Source: an uncultured Actinomycetota bacterium
Lineage (GTDB): Bacteria; Actinomycetota; Actinomycetes; Streptosporangiales; Streptosporangiaceae
Length of the DNA: 64,000 bases
Assembly: GCA_963795265.1 (NCBI GenBank)
Contig: CAWCHF010000014.1
Location: forward strand, 77,461-141,460
Direction of reading: 5' to 3'
Shown: piece after piece, positions 19,608 through 29,440 of the stretch
Layout: the number at the start of each line of letters is the position of its first letter
How positions within the stretch are numbered: position 1 is the stretch's first letter
Made by a program: the position numbers and the translations under genes
Notes under the pieces: generated by a model
Database searches by the model: none
Told to the model about the DNA's origin: nothing
What the model saw: the letters and a program-made list of their open reading frames with translations, nothing else

Positions 19608-20766
19608 TCAGGGCTGCGAGAGTTGGTCGGCAAGTCGCCTGGCTGCCCAGTTCCAGTCGATGCGCTCCTGCTCGAGCCGGACGCGTTCCCCGAGGCGGTC
19701 AGTAACCAGGTCTTGGTAGAGCGCCTGTTCCTCCGCGGTGAGCCAGTCCAGCCGGGAGATGGCGGGCGAAGCTTCGCCGACCCATCGGTCACGATGCGCT
19801 AGCAGCGTCTCCCGGTCCATGAGCAGCGACCGGGTGCTGGGTAGCCAGGCGCGCAGCTGATTCAGGATCGCGAAGCCATGGGTGTCGAGATCACCCCAGT
19901 AGATGACGTCCGCGTCGGCCAGCCAGGGCAGGGCACCGACGCGATCAACTTCAAAGCCCTTGCCCCAGAACGCGACCCCGTCGCGCGGGACCGGAGCGCT
20001 GAGGAACGTGATCTCGTTCTCGATGACCAGTGCTCGCTTCGCCTTGACAGGCAGCGCGGCCAGCTCGGCCACCCTGACCGTGAGATCGGACAGCCCTGAG
20101 GCAATCCCCAGCGAGGGATCGGGCCGGATCCGCAGCGTGTCGGGCTTGGTGCGCAAACCCAGTGCGGTGAGAAAGCCGGATGCGGTCGAGGAAACGCCGA
20201 GCAATTGGGCCAGTACCTGGCGGTGGCGCTCCACGAACTTCGTGTCAACTCCTGGGGCGGTGATCTCCCGCAGGTAGTGTCCGGAGCCTCGTGCGGCGAT
20301 CAGCCAGTCATAAGCGGACAAGAGGGCTGGCCACGATGCGCTGACCTCGAGCGCCCGCAGGGGATTTGCCGTAACCCACGCCGCGACGGCTGGCTCGGCG
20401 GCGACGGTGGATAGCACGGCACGGTAGGCCTTGACGTCCTCGGCGACCCCAATCAGCGCGATCGCCTGCTCGTATGACTCGATAACCGCGCGGCTCGGCA
20501 GCTCGTTACGGCCGATCAGCCGACCGCCGACTGGCGAGTAGCGGAGCGTGTACCGGAGCATTTTCGCGGCTGCCGGCCTCGAGTGCCGCGACCCACACGC
20601 GGACCGCCTCGATATCATCACCAATCCTGCCAGGTCGCGGCCCGCGCAGCGGCATGTTTATGACCGGGAACGGCGACGCCGTGGCCAGCGCGGTCAGGAT
20701 CGAGCCGTCATCCCAGCGTCTGCGCACCCGGGCGCGGATGTCCGAAGCCGTTGTCCAGGCGGTCAT
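19608..20766 (-). CDS. jetD: Wadjet JetD (DUF3322 plus Toprim-like DUF2220), single frameshift near 20570 as sequenced
   Basis: ORF 20506..20766 (N-terminal ...RRRWDDGSIL...VRVWVAALEAGS) joins ORF 19608..20624 (...KMLRYTLRYSPVGGRLIGRNELP...). Toprim-type motifs VIENEITFL and IYWGDLDTHGFAIL. 4-nt overlap with jetC. Confidence 0.85.
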
Positions 20767-23700
20767 GCGAGGTGACCAGCCTGATGTTCGCGAAACTCCT
20801 CGATCGTCAGAGTCTGCAGCCGTGAGTAGTTCCCGGCGGGATTGTCGACGAACCCGATGGCGCGGACATACGGCTCAATCACGTGCACCTTCTGAAGCGG
20901 AGTGACGATCAGCAACTGCAAGCCCAGCCGCGCGAACAAGTCGAGCGCGTAGCGGGTCGACACGTCCGAGCCGCGGCCGAATGCTTCATCGATCACGGCG
21001 AAACGGAAGTCACGAGATTTCTCGACCCCCCATTCGAGCCCGAACTGATACGCCAGCGAGGCAGCAAGGATCGTGTAAGCCAGCTTCTCCTTCTGCCCGC
21101 CCGACTTGCCATCGGAGTCGCGGTAGTGCTCCCACTCCTCGTCGGTGTCGCGATCACGCTCGGACGCCGAGAAGGTGAACCAGTAGCGGACATCGGTGAC
21201 CCGCCGGGTCCAGGCACGGTCCGCGTCGGCGTGGCCCTCGCGTGCACGGAAGCGCTCGATGATCCGCTGCACGTCCAGGAACCGTTGCTCGGAATAGTGA
21301 TCATCATCCATCGACAGGGTGTCGTCGGTTGCAGCCCGCAGCTCGCTGCGGAAGTCCTGGACCTCGGTGTTCACCGTGCGCTCGGTGACAAGCAGGATGT
21401 ACCGGCCCGGGCTGTAGTCGATCGCGCCCAGCGCCTCGTTGATGCGATCCACCCTGGCATGGATCTCCTCGGCCTGGCGGCGCAGCCAGTTGTTGAACTG
21501 CGCGAGCTCACGGATGGTATTCGTGTTCAGCTGCCGCTTGAACTCGCTCTCGAAGCGCGGCAGGTCGTCGGTTGCCACCCGGTCGTGAAACGCCAGGAAC
21601 TCGCCGCGGGCCTCGACGCTCGCGTCCATCTCGGTTGTCGCCTCGGGCCAGCGGCGGCGTACCTCGCTCATGGCCTGAATCATTCGCTGGGCGTAGCCGA
21701 CAAGCTCGCGGCCGACTCGGTCTATTGCAGACTGCAGCCCGGCCGTCAGCGACTCGCCGGCGGCCGCGCAGGCTTCGGGGGACCGGGGCATGCTCTCGCC
21801 GAGCCGCTCGGTGAGCTGGTCAAAGGAAAGGCGGGCGGCGGTCAGGCGTGATGCCTCGACGGTGGCCAGAAAGCGCTGTTCCGCCGTCCGGGCCTCGGTC
21901 GCCCGCCTCAGGAGCTCCTCCTGGACGCGAACGTCACCGCTCAGCTTCTGAAAGACGGTCTGGGACTCAGCAGCGGACGCCTTGTTCTCCTCGAGTTGGC
22001 GCTCGACCTCCGCCAGCGCAGAAGATCCCGAGACGAGTCGCTGACGTTCCTCTTCCGCGGTGGCAGCCCTGCTGTCCGCCTCGACCCAGTCGACCTCGCT
22101 CCACGAACGGAAGGTCGCAAGGCCGTCCAGCGCGGAGCGCCGGCCGGTCAGGTCATCGCGGTTACCGCGGAGCCGGGCGTACTGCGCTTCTGCCTCCAGG
22201 AGCTGCTCCTGCAGCCCCGTCATATAGTCCGTCAGCGCGGCAATCTTGCGCTCGTTCATCCAGCCAAGTACCCACGAGCGCGGATCGTCGACGCGGGACC
22301 GATCGTCTTTCTCATGGCGGTCGCCTGAGCGCATCTGTCCTTCGCGGGTAACAGCCCGGTGCTCATCACGGAACTGCTCGATCGTGTTAACGCAGACAAA
22401 GTCGGCCCGGCGGATCAGCTCGTCACGCAGGTAATCCCGGAACGGGCCCCCTGCGATCTCGATTGTGTCCGCGAGCAGCAAGACTCCGCTGCCGGTTCGT
22501 GCCTGCAGCGGCACCCGACGGGCCGACACCCGCTCGTACACGAGCCTGCTGCCCGCGGTCTGGCCGCCGCTGCGCTGGTAGGTGAGCCGGTGCTCGTTCA
22601 CCCAGCGCGAGACGCGGTCGTAATGGTACTGAGGGACGAGCAGCGACAGCGCAAAGCTGCGCAGTACCCGCTCAGCCGCGCCTCGCCAGATCGCGAACTG
22701 CTCCGCAACGTCGAGCAGCTCGCCGGCAAACGGCAGCTCGCTTTCGTCGATGCCCTCATCGAGGCAGAGCATGGCGCGAATCTCAAGCTGCGCAGGGGGC
22801 AGGTTGTTCTTCCGGCTCGCCAGGCTCATCAGCTCCGCGCGGGCTTCCTCGCCGGCTTTCCGCAGTTCCTGCCGCGATGCGATCACGACCTCGAGTTCTT
22901 CCTCGACCGTCAGGAACTCGGTCTCCAGCTGCATGCGCGCGGCCGTCACGGTGCCGTCCAGCGCCGCGAATGCCGTCGAGTCGGTGACATCGGGCAGCTG
23001 AGCGGTCTGGGTGAGCGAGTCGAGATCCTGGCGCCGCTGGCGCCGCTCGGCCGCCAGCGTGCGCGCGACTCTGATCTGGACCTCGAGCTGGCTGAGCCGA
23101 TCACCTCCGGCCGCGGCGCGCTCGATAATCAGCGATTCGCGCTCGCGGACTAGTGCGGCGCAGATCTCCTGGGCTGCCGCCGCTGCCTTGGCCTGGCGCT
23201 CGCGCATGATCTTGTGCTCGGCAATTTCCTCTGTCAGCAGGCGCGCTCGCAGCTCGGCGATGAACAGGCGCACTGCGTCACGCTGCTGCTCCAACTCATC
23301 GCGCCGTCCCAGTGCTTCGTCGTAGTGCTTGCTGCTGACAACCAGAGGCTGGAGTGCTTCGAGCTGCTCGCGGGCGCGTTTGACGGCGTCGTGGGCCTTG
23401 GTGAGGTCCTCGAAGTGGGCAACGATGTCGCGCACCTTGTCCGCGGCGTCGGCTGGCTCCAGCATGTGGCTGCGGACAAACTCGTTGAGGTTGCCGACCG
23501 ATTTCATCGAAACGGTCTGGTGGAACAGTTCCATCGCCTGCTCGGATTTGATCCCGAGCAGGCGCCGGGCCCGGCGTGCGTAATCGGGGAACACGGTGTG
23601 GATCTCAGCTCCGCCTGCTCGGAGCCGCCGGCGCAGGTCCGTCAGGTCCGAGCCGAAGTCGGTGAAGTCCGTCTCGATCGACAACTGCTTCTGCGATGTC

Positions 23701-24164
23701 ACAAAGAACCGATCCGGCTGGCCGGCCCGGTCTTTCTGATGGAATACCTGAGCCAGCGTGATCGACTCATCGAAGCCGTCATTGGCGAAGACGCCGAGGA
23801 TGACCGAGTAGTGGCGCTGATCGCGAAGTCCGACCGGTCGGGACGTGCCGGTAGCCTCGACCCGCTCCGACTTGTAGTGACCCTCCACGTAGGACCGCAG
23901 GGTGCGCTCCCTCGTGTCCGCGCCCGCCGCCTTGTTATAGGCGATCCGGTGAGCCGGCAGGAGCAGCGTGCTGAGGGCATCGACCAGCGTCGACTTACCG
24001 CTGCCGATGTCGCCTGTAAGCAGTGCAGTTGCACCGCCCGCGGACAGCCGCCATACCCGCTTGTCGAAGGTCCCCCAGTTGAAGACCTCGAGTCGCTGCA
24101 GGCGATAGCCGGCCCGGCGACCTCCGGCGCCCAGCTCGATCGTGGAGAAAAGGCCATCACTCAA
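20763..24164 (-). CDS. jetC: Wadjet JetC, SMC-like ATPase
   Basis: Intact 1133-aa ORF. Walker A LTGDIGSGKSTLVDAL, long coiled-coil middle, Walker B FRFAVIDEAFGRGS. Overlaps jetB by 8 nt and jetD by 4 nt. Confidence 0.9.
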   Translation of the reverse strand: MSDGLFSTIELGAGGRRAGYRLQRLEVFNWGTFDKRVWRLSAGGATALLTGDIGSGKSTLVDALSTLLLPAHRIAYNKAAGADTRERTLRSYVEGHYKSERVEATGTSRPVGLRDQRHYSVILGVFANDGFDESITLAQVFHQKDRAGQPDRFFVTSQKQLSIETDFTDFGSDLTDLRRRLRAGGAEIHTVFPDYARRARRLLGIKSEQAMELFHQTVSMKSVGNLNEFVRSHMLEPADAADKVRDIVAHFEDLTKAHDAVKRAREQLEALQPLVVSSKHYDEALGRRDELEQQRDAVRLFIAELRARLLTEEIAEHKIMRERQAKAAAAAQEICAALVRERESLIIERAAAGGDRLSQLEVQIRVARTLAAERRQRRQDLDSLTQTAQLPDVTDSTAFAALDGTVTAARMQLETEFLTVEEELEVVIASRQELRKAGEEARAELMSLASRKNNLPPAQLEIRAMLCLDEGIDESELPFAGELLDVAEQFAIWRGAAERVLRSFALSLLVPQYHYDRVSRWVNEHRLTYQRSGGQTAGSRLVYERVSARRVPLQARTGSGVLLLADTIEIAGGPFRDYLRDELIRRADFVCVNTIEQFRDEHRAVTREGQMRSGDRHEKDDRSRVDDPRSWVLGWMNERKIAALTDYMTGLQEQLLEAEAQYARLRGNRDDLTGRRSALDGLATFRSWSEVDWVEADSRAATAEEERQRLVSGSSALAEVERQLEENKASAAESQTVFQKLSGDVRVQEELLRRATEARTAEQRFLATVEASRLTAARLSFDQLTERLGESMPRSPEACAAAGESLTAGLQSAIDRVGRELVGYAQRMIQAMSEVRRRWPEATTEMDASVEARGEFLAFHDRVATDDLPRFESEFKRQLNTNTIRELAQFNNWLRRQAEEIHARVDRINEALGAIDYSPGRYILLVTERTVNTEVQDFRSELRAATDDTLSMDDDHYSEQRFLDVQRIIERFRAREGHADADRAWTRRVTDVRYWFTFSASERDRDTDEEWEHYRDSDGKSGGQKEKLAYTILAASLAYQFGLEWGVEKSRDFRFAVIDEAFGRGSDVSTRYALDLFARLGLQLLIVTPLQKVHVIEPYVRAIGFVDNPAGNYSRLQTLTIEEFREHQAGHLA

Positions 24165-24753
24165 CGGGTGCCGCCTTGCCTGACACCGTCGAGGCGTATT
24201 CGGCGAGCTTTCCGGCGAAGTCCGACAGTGTTTGCGCGTCCACGTAAGCCTTGAGGATCCGGCGCACCTCCCACTGGTCGGACCGCCCGCGCAGCTGGCG
24301 CAGGAATCCCAAGTCGGCCGCCCGACGGATGGTGGTGTCGGCCTGATCGACCACCCGCGCCTCGTTGGTCGATTCCGTGAAGAATAGTCTCAGCATCTCA
24401 ACGATCTGATCGCGGCTCAGCACAAGCTTGCCCTCGGCGCCAGCTGTCTCGAACTCGACAAGCCGTTTGCGGAGAAGGACCAGGAGCAGGCTCAGGTTGT
24501 AGCCGAGGGTGCGGCGGTTTACAAGCCGAGGCAGCGGTTCCTCGCCGTCGGCTTCCGGCCGAGTCTGCAGATAGGCATAACCTTCGGTGTCGTGGATGAC
24601 CACGTCGACGCCGATCGCAGCAAAGTGATCACGGATCGGCGGCGCACTGCGGTCCAGGGTGGTCCATGTCGTATCGTCCTGCTCCCGGTAGACGACACCC
24701 CGCATCAGCTGGATGATCGCGGAGGCTGTGGCGTGTTCTTCGGCGGACCTCAC
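24157..24753 (-). CDS. jetB: Wadjet JetB (DUF4194, MksE-like)
   Basis: 198-aa ORF positioned between jetA and jetC with overlapping stop/start codons. Sequence IIQLMRGVVYREQDDTTW...LLLVLLRKRLVEFE... is typical of JetB. Confidence 0.8.
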   Translation of the reverse strand: MRSAEEHATASAIIQLMRGVVYREQDDTTWTTLDRSAPPIRDHFAAIGVDVVIHDTEGYAYLQTRPEADGEEPLPRLVNRRTLGYNLSLLLVLLRKRLVEFETAGAEGKLVLSRDQIVEMLRLFFTESTNEARVVDQADTTIRRAADLGFLRQLRGRSDQWEVRRILKAYVDAQTLSDFAGKLAEYASTVSGKAAPVE

Positions 24754-26177
24754 TTTCGGGTCACCGTTACCTTCGGCAGCCGTGCTCGACGGGTGCCATG
24801 ATCAGCGACGTAGTCGATGCACGTCTCATCGTGTTCGTCCACCGAGACCTCGAGATCCTCCTCAGCCAGCGCAAGGTAGCCGACAATCTCAGCGGCGCCT
24901 TGCTCGACTGGATAGGCAGCAACGACGTCGCTCAGCAACGCCGAGCCGCGCTCTGGCACTGCGGAGCGGATGTTGGCGGCAAGCCGTGCCTGGTTCACGA
25001 AGGTCTGCTCGAACAAGGCGCTCACATCCGCCTCTGTCTCGGTGGTCGGGTCCAGCAAGCTCTCGACCCGCGCGCTGGGGCGGGGGTCATACAGCGGCCG
25101 TTCGAACGGCAGGGCGATGGTGACTCCCGGCTCGTAAACTTCAAGCCCGATGGCAGGCGGAGTGTCCCGGCAGGAGAGCGCCTTGGCCTCGATCAAACGG
25201 ACGAGATCGAGGACGCGGCGATTCTCCAGCCACACCTGATCATCCAGGAAGCGGCGCAGCTGCTCTGAGATCTGACGGACGGTTCGCTGGGTACGCTCGG
25301 CGGCCTCGGACCAGTCGTGATGCACTGTGCGCAGTCGCCGGTCCGTTTCAACCTGTTCCAGCGCCTGAAGCCGGGCCAGCATGTGCGCTAGCTCGTCCTG
25401 CCTCGTCTCGGACAACAGAAAGTCATAAAACGCCCGAAAGCTTTGGCCTTGGTCAGAGCTGTCTATGTCGGCGCGGCTGTTGACAAGCTCGGCGAGCAGA
25501 TCGCCTTTGCGGCCCGCCCAGGACGCGATACGCTCGCGTATCGCGCGATCGAGACTGCGGAAGTTCTCCTCCACCTCGCGGAAATCCGACAGCAGTTCGC
25601 GGGCCGTAGACGCGAACTGCTGATAGCGGTCACGCAGCGCGGTGTCGCTGAGAACGGTTAGCTGGCCGGCCTCGACCGCAGCTATCTCCTGATTGACTTC
25701 GTCCCTGCGGCGCTGCAGTTCAGCCAGGCGGAGCTCCGGGTCGGTCTCGGTACCGTGCACGATCTGGCGCAATAGCTCAACTACCGTGTGCAGCCGCGAC
25801 TCCGTGCCGACGAATGGGCGGACGCCCAGCCCAATGACCCAGCCGTAGGCTTTCTCGAAGGCCGGAGTCGCGTCGTAATGTACCTCGTCTGACCCGAGCG
25901 GGTAGAAGCGGCGTAGCCAGCCTGCATCCGGGTGGGCCCAGTCCTCCAGATAGTCGATGGCCGACTTCGGATACCGCGCAGCGCTCGGGTCAGCCGCGTT
26001 AAGCGCATAGAGCTCGTCGTCCAGCGCCACGGCCAGAGCCGAAATGGATGTAGCACCGTGGTTACTTTCGACAAAGTAGCGGCCGAGGAAGGCCAGGATG
26101 AGCGGCGCGTTGGCGGCGCGGAGCAGCCGCCAGGCCGGATGGCGGTCGCGGAGCCGCTCGACATCACTATGGTCCAT
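24750..26177 (-). CDS. jetA: Wadjet JetA (DUF3375, MksB/kleisin-like)
   Basis: ORF 24750..26363. Likely start is ATG 26177 (MDHSDVERLRDRHPAWRLLRAANAPLILAFLGRYF...). ATGA overlap with jetB. Confidence 0.8.
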   Translation of the reverse strand: MDHSDVERLRDRHPAWRLLRAANAPLILAFLGRYFVESNHGATSISALAVALDDELYALNAADPSAARYPKSAIDYLEDWAHPDAGWLRRFYPLGSDEVHYDATPAFEKAYGWVIGLGVRPFVGTESRLHTVVELLRQIVHGTETDPELRLAELQRRRDEVNQEIAAVEAGQLTVLSDTALRDRYQQFASTARELLSDFREVEENFRSLDRAIRERIASWAGRKGDLLAELVNSRADIDSSDQGQSFRAFYDFLLSETRQDELAHMLARLQALEQVETDRRLRTVHHDWSEAAERTQRTVRQISEQLRRFLDDQVWLENRRVLDLVRLIEAKALSCRDTPPAIGLEVYEPGVTIALPFERPLYDPRPSARVESLLDPTTETEADVSALFEQTFVNQARLAANIRSAVPERGSALLSDVVAAYPVEQGAAEIVGYLALAEEDLEVSVDEHDETCIDYVADHGTRRARLPKVTVTRK

Positions 26178-26316
26178 GGGCCCTCCATGCTCAGCTGTGC
26201 TCAGCCTAAGGAGCAGCACCGACAGTGCGGGTCGATACGACGTGGGCCGTGCACCGTCACCGATGAGAGGCGGACCGCACACGCGATACCGAGATGAGTT
26301 CCGCGCGACAGAGGGT

Positions 26317-26388
26317 GGCTGACCTCCTTGACGCAGCCCGGCGCAGGTCGCGGAGCGAGTCAATAGGCCGATATGTGATGGCGGCGGG
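26317..26388 (+). repeat. recombinase-tail repeat, copy E (most diverged), upstream of jetA
   Basis: GGCTGACCTCCTTGACG...GGAGCGAGTCAATAGGCCGATATGTGATGGCGGCGGG aligns to copy D, with about 17/20 identities over GGAGCG.G.CAATAGGCC. Confidence 0.45.
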
Positions 26389-26522
26389 CCGCTGTGGGCG
26401 GCACTCTTCCGCAGGGCACTCCTTCAGGTGTCAGCCTTGACGTACTGCACGACGATCACGACTTGCCTGCCCGGGGTCTCGGTGACCCGTGTAGGCCGCC
26501 GGAGCCGGGCGGGCCAGTTCAG

Positions 26523-27002
26523 CTAGATCGGCTCGCCGAGGTCTCGCGACATCCAGCCGGGTGTGTCGAGGCGCACGGGCGGAGTGCCGATCAGCTCTGT
26601 CAGGTGCGTCTCAAGGTTCTCGAGCTCGGCGGGACCGATCTGCCGCTCCCATTGATCGCGCAGCTCATCGAAGATCGCTTCACCTGTGCGCAGCACCTCG
26701 AAGCCGAGCGGGGTGACCTGAAGGCGCATGCGGCGGGCGTGGCGGGGGTCGGTGTCGCGTGTCACGTATCCGCGCTCCTGCAGGACCGCGATGGTTTTCG
26801 CCGCTGCCTGCTTGGAGACGGACAGGCGGCGGCCGAGTTCTGAGGCGTTGCCGGCGCTGGCGGCGATGGCCCGCATGGCGAAGTCATGGACGGGACGCAC
26901 ATCCTCGTAGCCGCGGCGGGCAAGCTCGGCTGTCGCGCCGTCTACCAGCGAGCGGAAGCCCCCGAGCAGGAGCAGGGCGAGATCGGCGCCGGAGCGGGAC
27001 AT
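26523..27002 (-). CDS. MarR family transcriptional regulator
   Basis: 159-aa ORF with winged-helix region ASELGRRLSVSKQAAAKTIAVLQERGYVTRDTDPRHARRMRLQVTPLG. Confidence 0.85.
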   Translation of the reverse strand: MSRSGADLALLLLGGFRSLVDGATAELARRGYEDVRPVHDFAMRAIAASAGNASELGRRLSVSKQAAAKTIAVLQERGYVTRDTDPRHARRMRLQVTPLGFEVLRTGEAIFDELRDQWERQIGPAELENLETHLTELIGTPPVRLDTPGWMSRDLGEPI

Positions 27003-27028
27003 GGGAGAAGACTACGGCAGCGATTGGA

Positions 27029-27071
27029 CAGTGACAACCAGGTTGGCTAGAGTCAGTGACATCCAGGTTGT
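27029..27071. promoter_or_regulatory. two direct 18-nt MarR-box-like repeats, each containing an AACCAGGTT-type palindrome
   Basis: CAGTGACAACCAGGTTGG (27029-27046) and CAGTGACATCCAGGTTGT (27054-27071), 16/18 identical, in the MarR/hydrolase divergent intergenic region. Confidence 0.45.
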
Positions 27072-27088
27072 CCAAGCAAGGAGAAGGA

Positions 27089-27976
27089 ATGGACGTCACG
27101 CCAGCTGGTCCCGTGCTGCCGGGGATCACGCACCACTATGCGGAGGTCAACGGAACCAGGCTGCACTACGTCGCCGCCGGGACTAGCGGATCGCCGGTCC
27201 TGCTGGTCCACGGGTTTCCCGAGACCTGGTGGGCCTTCCGGAAGCTCATCCCGCTGCTCGCGGCCAGCCACCGCGTCTTCGCCGTCGACCTGCGCGGCTT
27301 CGGTGACTCCGGCAACGAGCCCGGCGAGTACGGCAGCACCACCTCGGCCGAAGACCTGCACCTGCTCATCAGGCACCTCGGCGTCGGCCCGGTCCACCTG
27401 ACCGGGCAGGACATCAGCGGGGCGACGGTCTTCCGCCTCGCGACCGCGCATCCGCAGGACGTGCTCAGCCTCACCGCCATCGAGATGGGCCTGGCCGGCT
27501 TCGGCCTGGAGATGCTGGCCGACGTCACCCACGGGGGCACCTGGCATATCGGCGTTCTCGCCGCGCCCGGCATCCCCGAGATGCTGCTCGCCGGCCGCGA
27601 GCGCGAGTTCCTGGGACAATTCGCGTTCCCGGCGATGAGCGCGACGCCGGGAGCGATCACCGGCGCCGACATCGGTGAGTTCGCCCGCACCTACTCGCGC
27701 CCCGGCGGCTGGCGCGGAGCGGCCGGCCTCTACCAGTCGATGCTGCGGGAGGGCCCCGACATCAGGGCTCTCGCCAAGACGCCCGGGCTGACTGTGCCTG
27801 TGCTTGCGGTAGGCGCAGGCGGAGGCTCCTTCACGGCCGGCACCATGTCTCAGGCCGCGTCGGGCGAAGTCAGTTCCGTGTCACTCGACGGCGTCGGCCA
27901 CTACGCCGCCATGGAGGCCCCAGACGAGCTGGCGAAGGCTCTTCTCGACTTCACCGCAAGCCTCGATGACGCCTGA
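27089..27976 (+). CDS. alpha/beta hydrolase (epoxide hydrolase / haloalkane dehalogenase-like)
   Basis: AAGGAGAAGG RBS then ATG at 27089. [10 protein letters not shown] and LTGQDISG nucleophile region. Confidence 0.8.
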   Translation: MDVTPAGPVLPGITHHYAEVNGTRLHYVAAGTSGSPVLLVHGFPETWWAFRKLIPLLAASHRVFAVDLRGFGDSGNEPGEYGSTTSAEDLHLLIRHLGVGPVHLTGQDISGATVFRLATAHPQDVLSLTAIEMGLAGFGLEMLADVTHGGTWHIGVLAAPGIPEMLLAGREREFLGQFAFPAMSATPGAITGADIGEFARTYSRPGGWRGAAGLYQSMLREGPDIRALAKTPGLTVPVLAVGAGGGSFTAGTMSQAASGEVSSVSLDGVGHYAAMEAPDELAKALLDFTASLDDA

Positions 27977-28465
27977 CAGCGCTACTGCCCGGATCAGGAA
28001 GCCCAGTCAGGCCTCCCGGCGTGCTCCTGCCGTAACGCGGCGTGGTCGCAAGGGGATAGACCGCATGGCGGCCAGCGGGCTGTCGGCCAGGCGATGGGTT
28101 GCGGATCTTCCCCAGGTCGGTGGCCGGCCGACCGATGTGGGTGGCGCCCGAGAACACACGGGACCTTCGGTCGCGGGTGTCAGCGGAGGGTCGGCCGGAG
28201 GTGGCGGGCGGCGCTCGATTGTCCGGTGGGACCGCCGCCGAGGCGGCCGGCCTTGGCCCGCCGCACCGCCGTCGTGCTCGGCAGGATGACGGCCAGAGCC
28301 GGATGACGCATAGCATGGCGGCGCTGCTCGGCCCGCGGCGGCCGCTGCAGGCTGTAGCAAGCTACCGGCTCGGAGCGCCGTGGGTCGCGACGGTATGTGG
28401 TTCCCGGCGAGATGCACCGAGCGTTGCCGCTAAGGCGTGTACCTCAGGGGAGCATCTCTGTTCTC

Positions 28466-28494
28466 AATGTAAGCTCATGAATAACAATCGGCAA
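28466..28494 (-). promoter_or_regulatory. sigma-70/HrdB-like promoter element, copy 1 (TTGCCG-N17-TACATT on the minus strand)
   Basis: -35 at 28489-28494, -10 at 28466-28471, 17-nt spacer. 23/27 identical to the copy at 40333-40359. Confidence 0.4.
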
Positions 28495-28830
28495 ACCCGA
28501 TCTCACGATGGGCGCGGTTCAGGGACGAGTAGTCAGCAGACGATCACCACCGAACTGGCTGAAGGCCGCCGCATCAGGCGGCCTCAGCTCACCCAGGACG
28601 GCCACGCAGTCGCAGGGCAGGGCGCGGACGCCTGAGAGTGGGCATGCTGACTGTGGGCGGGGCCAGCTGATGGCCTGAGGCGGCTGCCGGTACGTGGTCA
28701 GACAAGCTGAGGCGATCTCGGCTCCGCGGAGCGCTCGTCGGCATCGCAACGGATGGCTCGGCGGCTGCCACCGCGCTGCCCAGCATCACAGAAGTGCATG
28801 CAGCATTCGACAAGTTCAGGGGGCAAGACA

Positions 28831-29310
28831 ATGGTGAAGGATCATCACGCCTCAGGGCATCGCATCGTCGTCGGGGTGGATGGTTCGCCGTCGTCCGGGG
28901 CCGCGCTGGATTGGGCTGTGCGACAGGCGAGTCTGACTGGCGCAACGATCCAGGCGGTAACTGCCTGGCACTACCCGACGGTAGTAGGCGGGTATGCCTG
29001 GGGACCTTTAGCGGTAATTGAGAGCGCTAACTTCGAGGAAATCGCGACGAAGATGGTCAGCCGCGTCGTTGCTGACCTCGAGGCTGCAAGTAACGTCAAT
29101 ATCAGTATTGCGGTGCGCAAAGGCAACGCCGCGCAGATCCTCATTGACGAATCCAGAGGCGCCGACCTGCTCGTGGTAGGCAGCCGCGGGCACGGCGGGT
29201 TCAGCGGCGCGCTCCTCGGATCTGTGAGCCTGAACTGCGCACACCATGCATCATGTCCCGTGGTCATCGTCAGGGACGGCAAGGCCCCCGAGGTCGGCGA
29301 GTCATCCTGA
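28831..29310 (+). CDS. universal stress protein (UspA family)
   Basis: MVKDHHASGHRIVVGVDGSPSS...LLVVGSRGHGGFSGALLGSVSLNCAHHASCPVVIV. Confidence 0.85.
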   Translation: MVKDHHASGHRIVVGVDGSPSSGAALDWAVRQASLTGATIQAVTAWHYPTVVGGYAWGPLAVIESANFEEIATKMVSRVVADLEAASNVNISIAVRKGNAAQILIDESRGADLLVVGSRGHGGFSGALLGSVSLNCAHHASCPVVIVRDGKAPEVGESS

Positions 29311-29440
29311 CCACTGAAGCAGATCCGTGGCGATTGACACGTTATTGTCTCGGAGCGCGGATTGAGGGTGGCTTCAATCGGCGCGGCAGGACCTATTACC
29401 GTTCTAGATAGGACCTGTGGCCAGTTCTGCGGGCCTCGAC

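Noticed and set aside
28007-28635. ORFs 28007..28417 (-) and 28099..28635 (+) in the 850-bp gap.
   Set aside because: They are Arg/Pro/Ala-rich, mutually overlapping and without motifs. The region is treated as non-coding or decayed (see the promoter-element finding).
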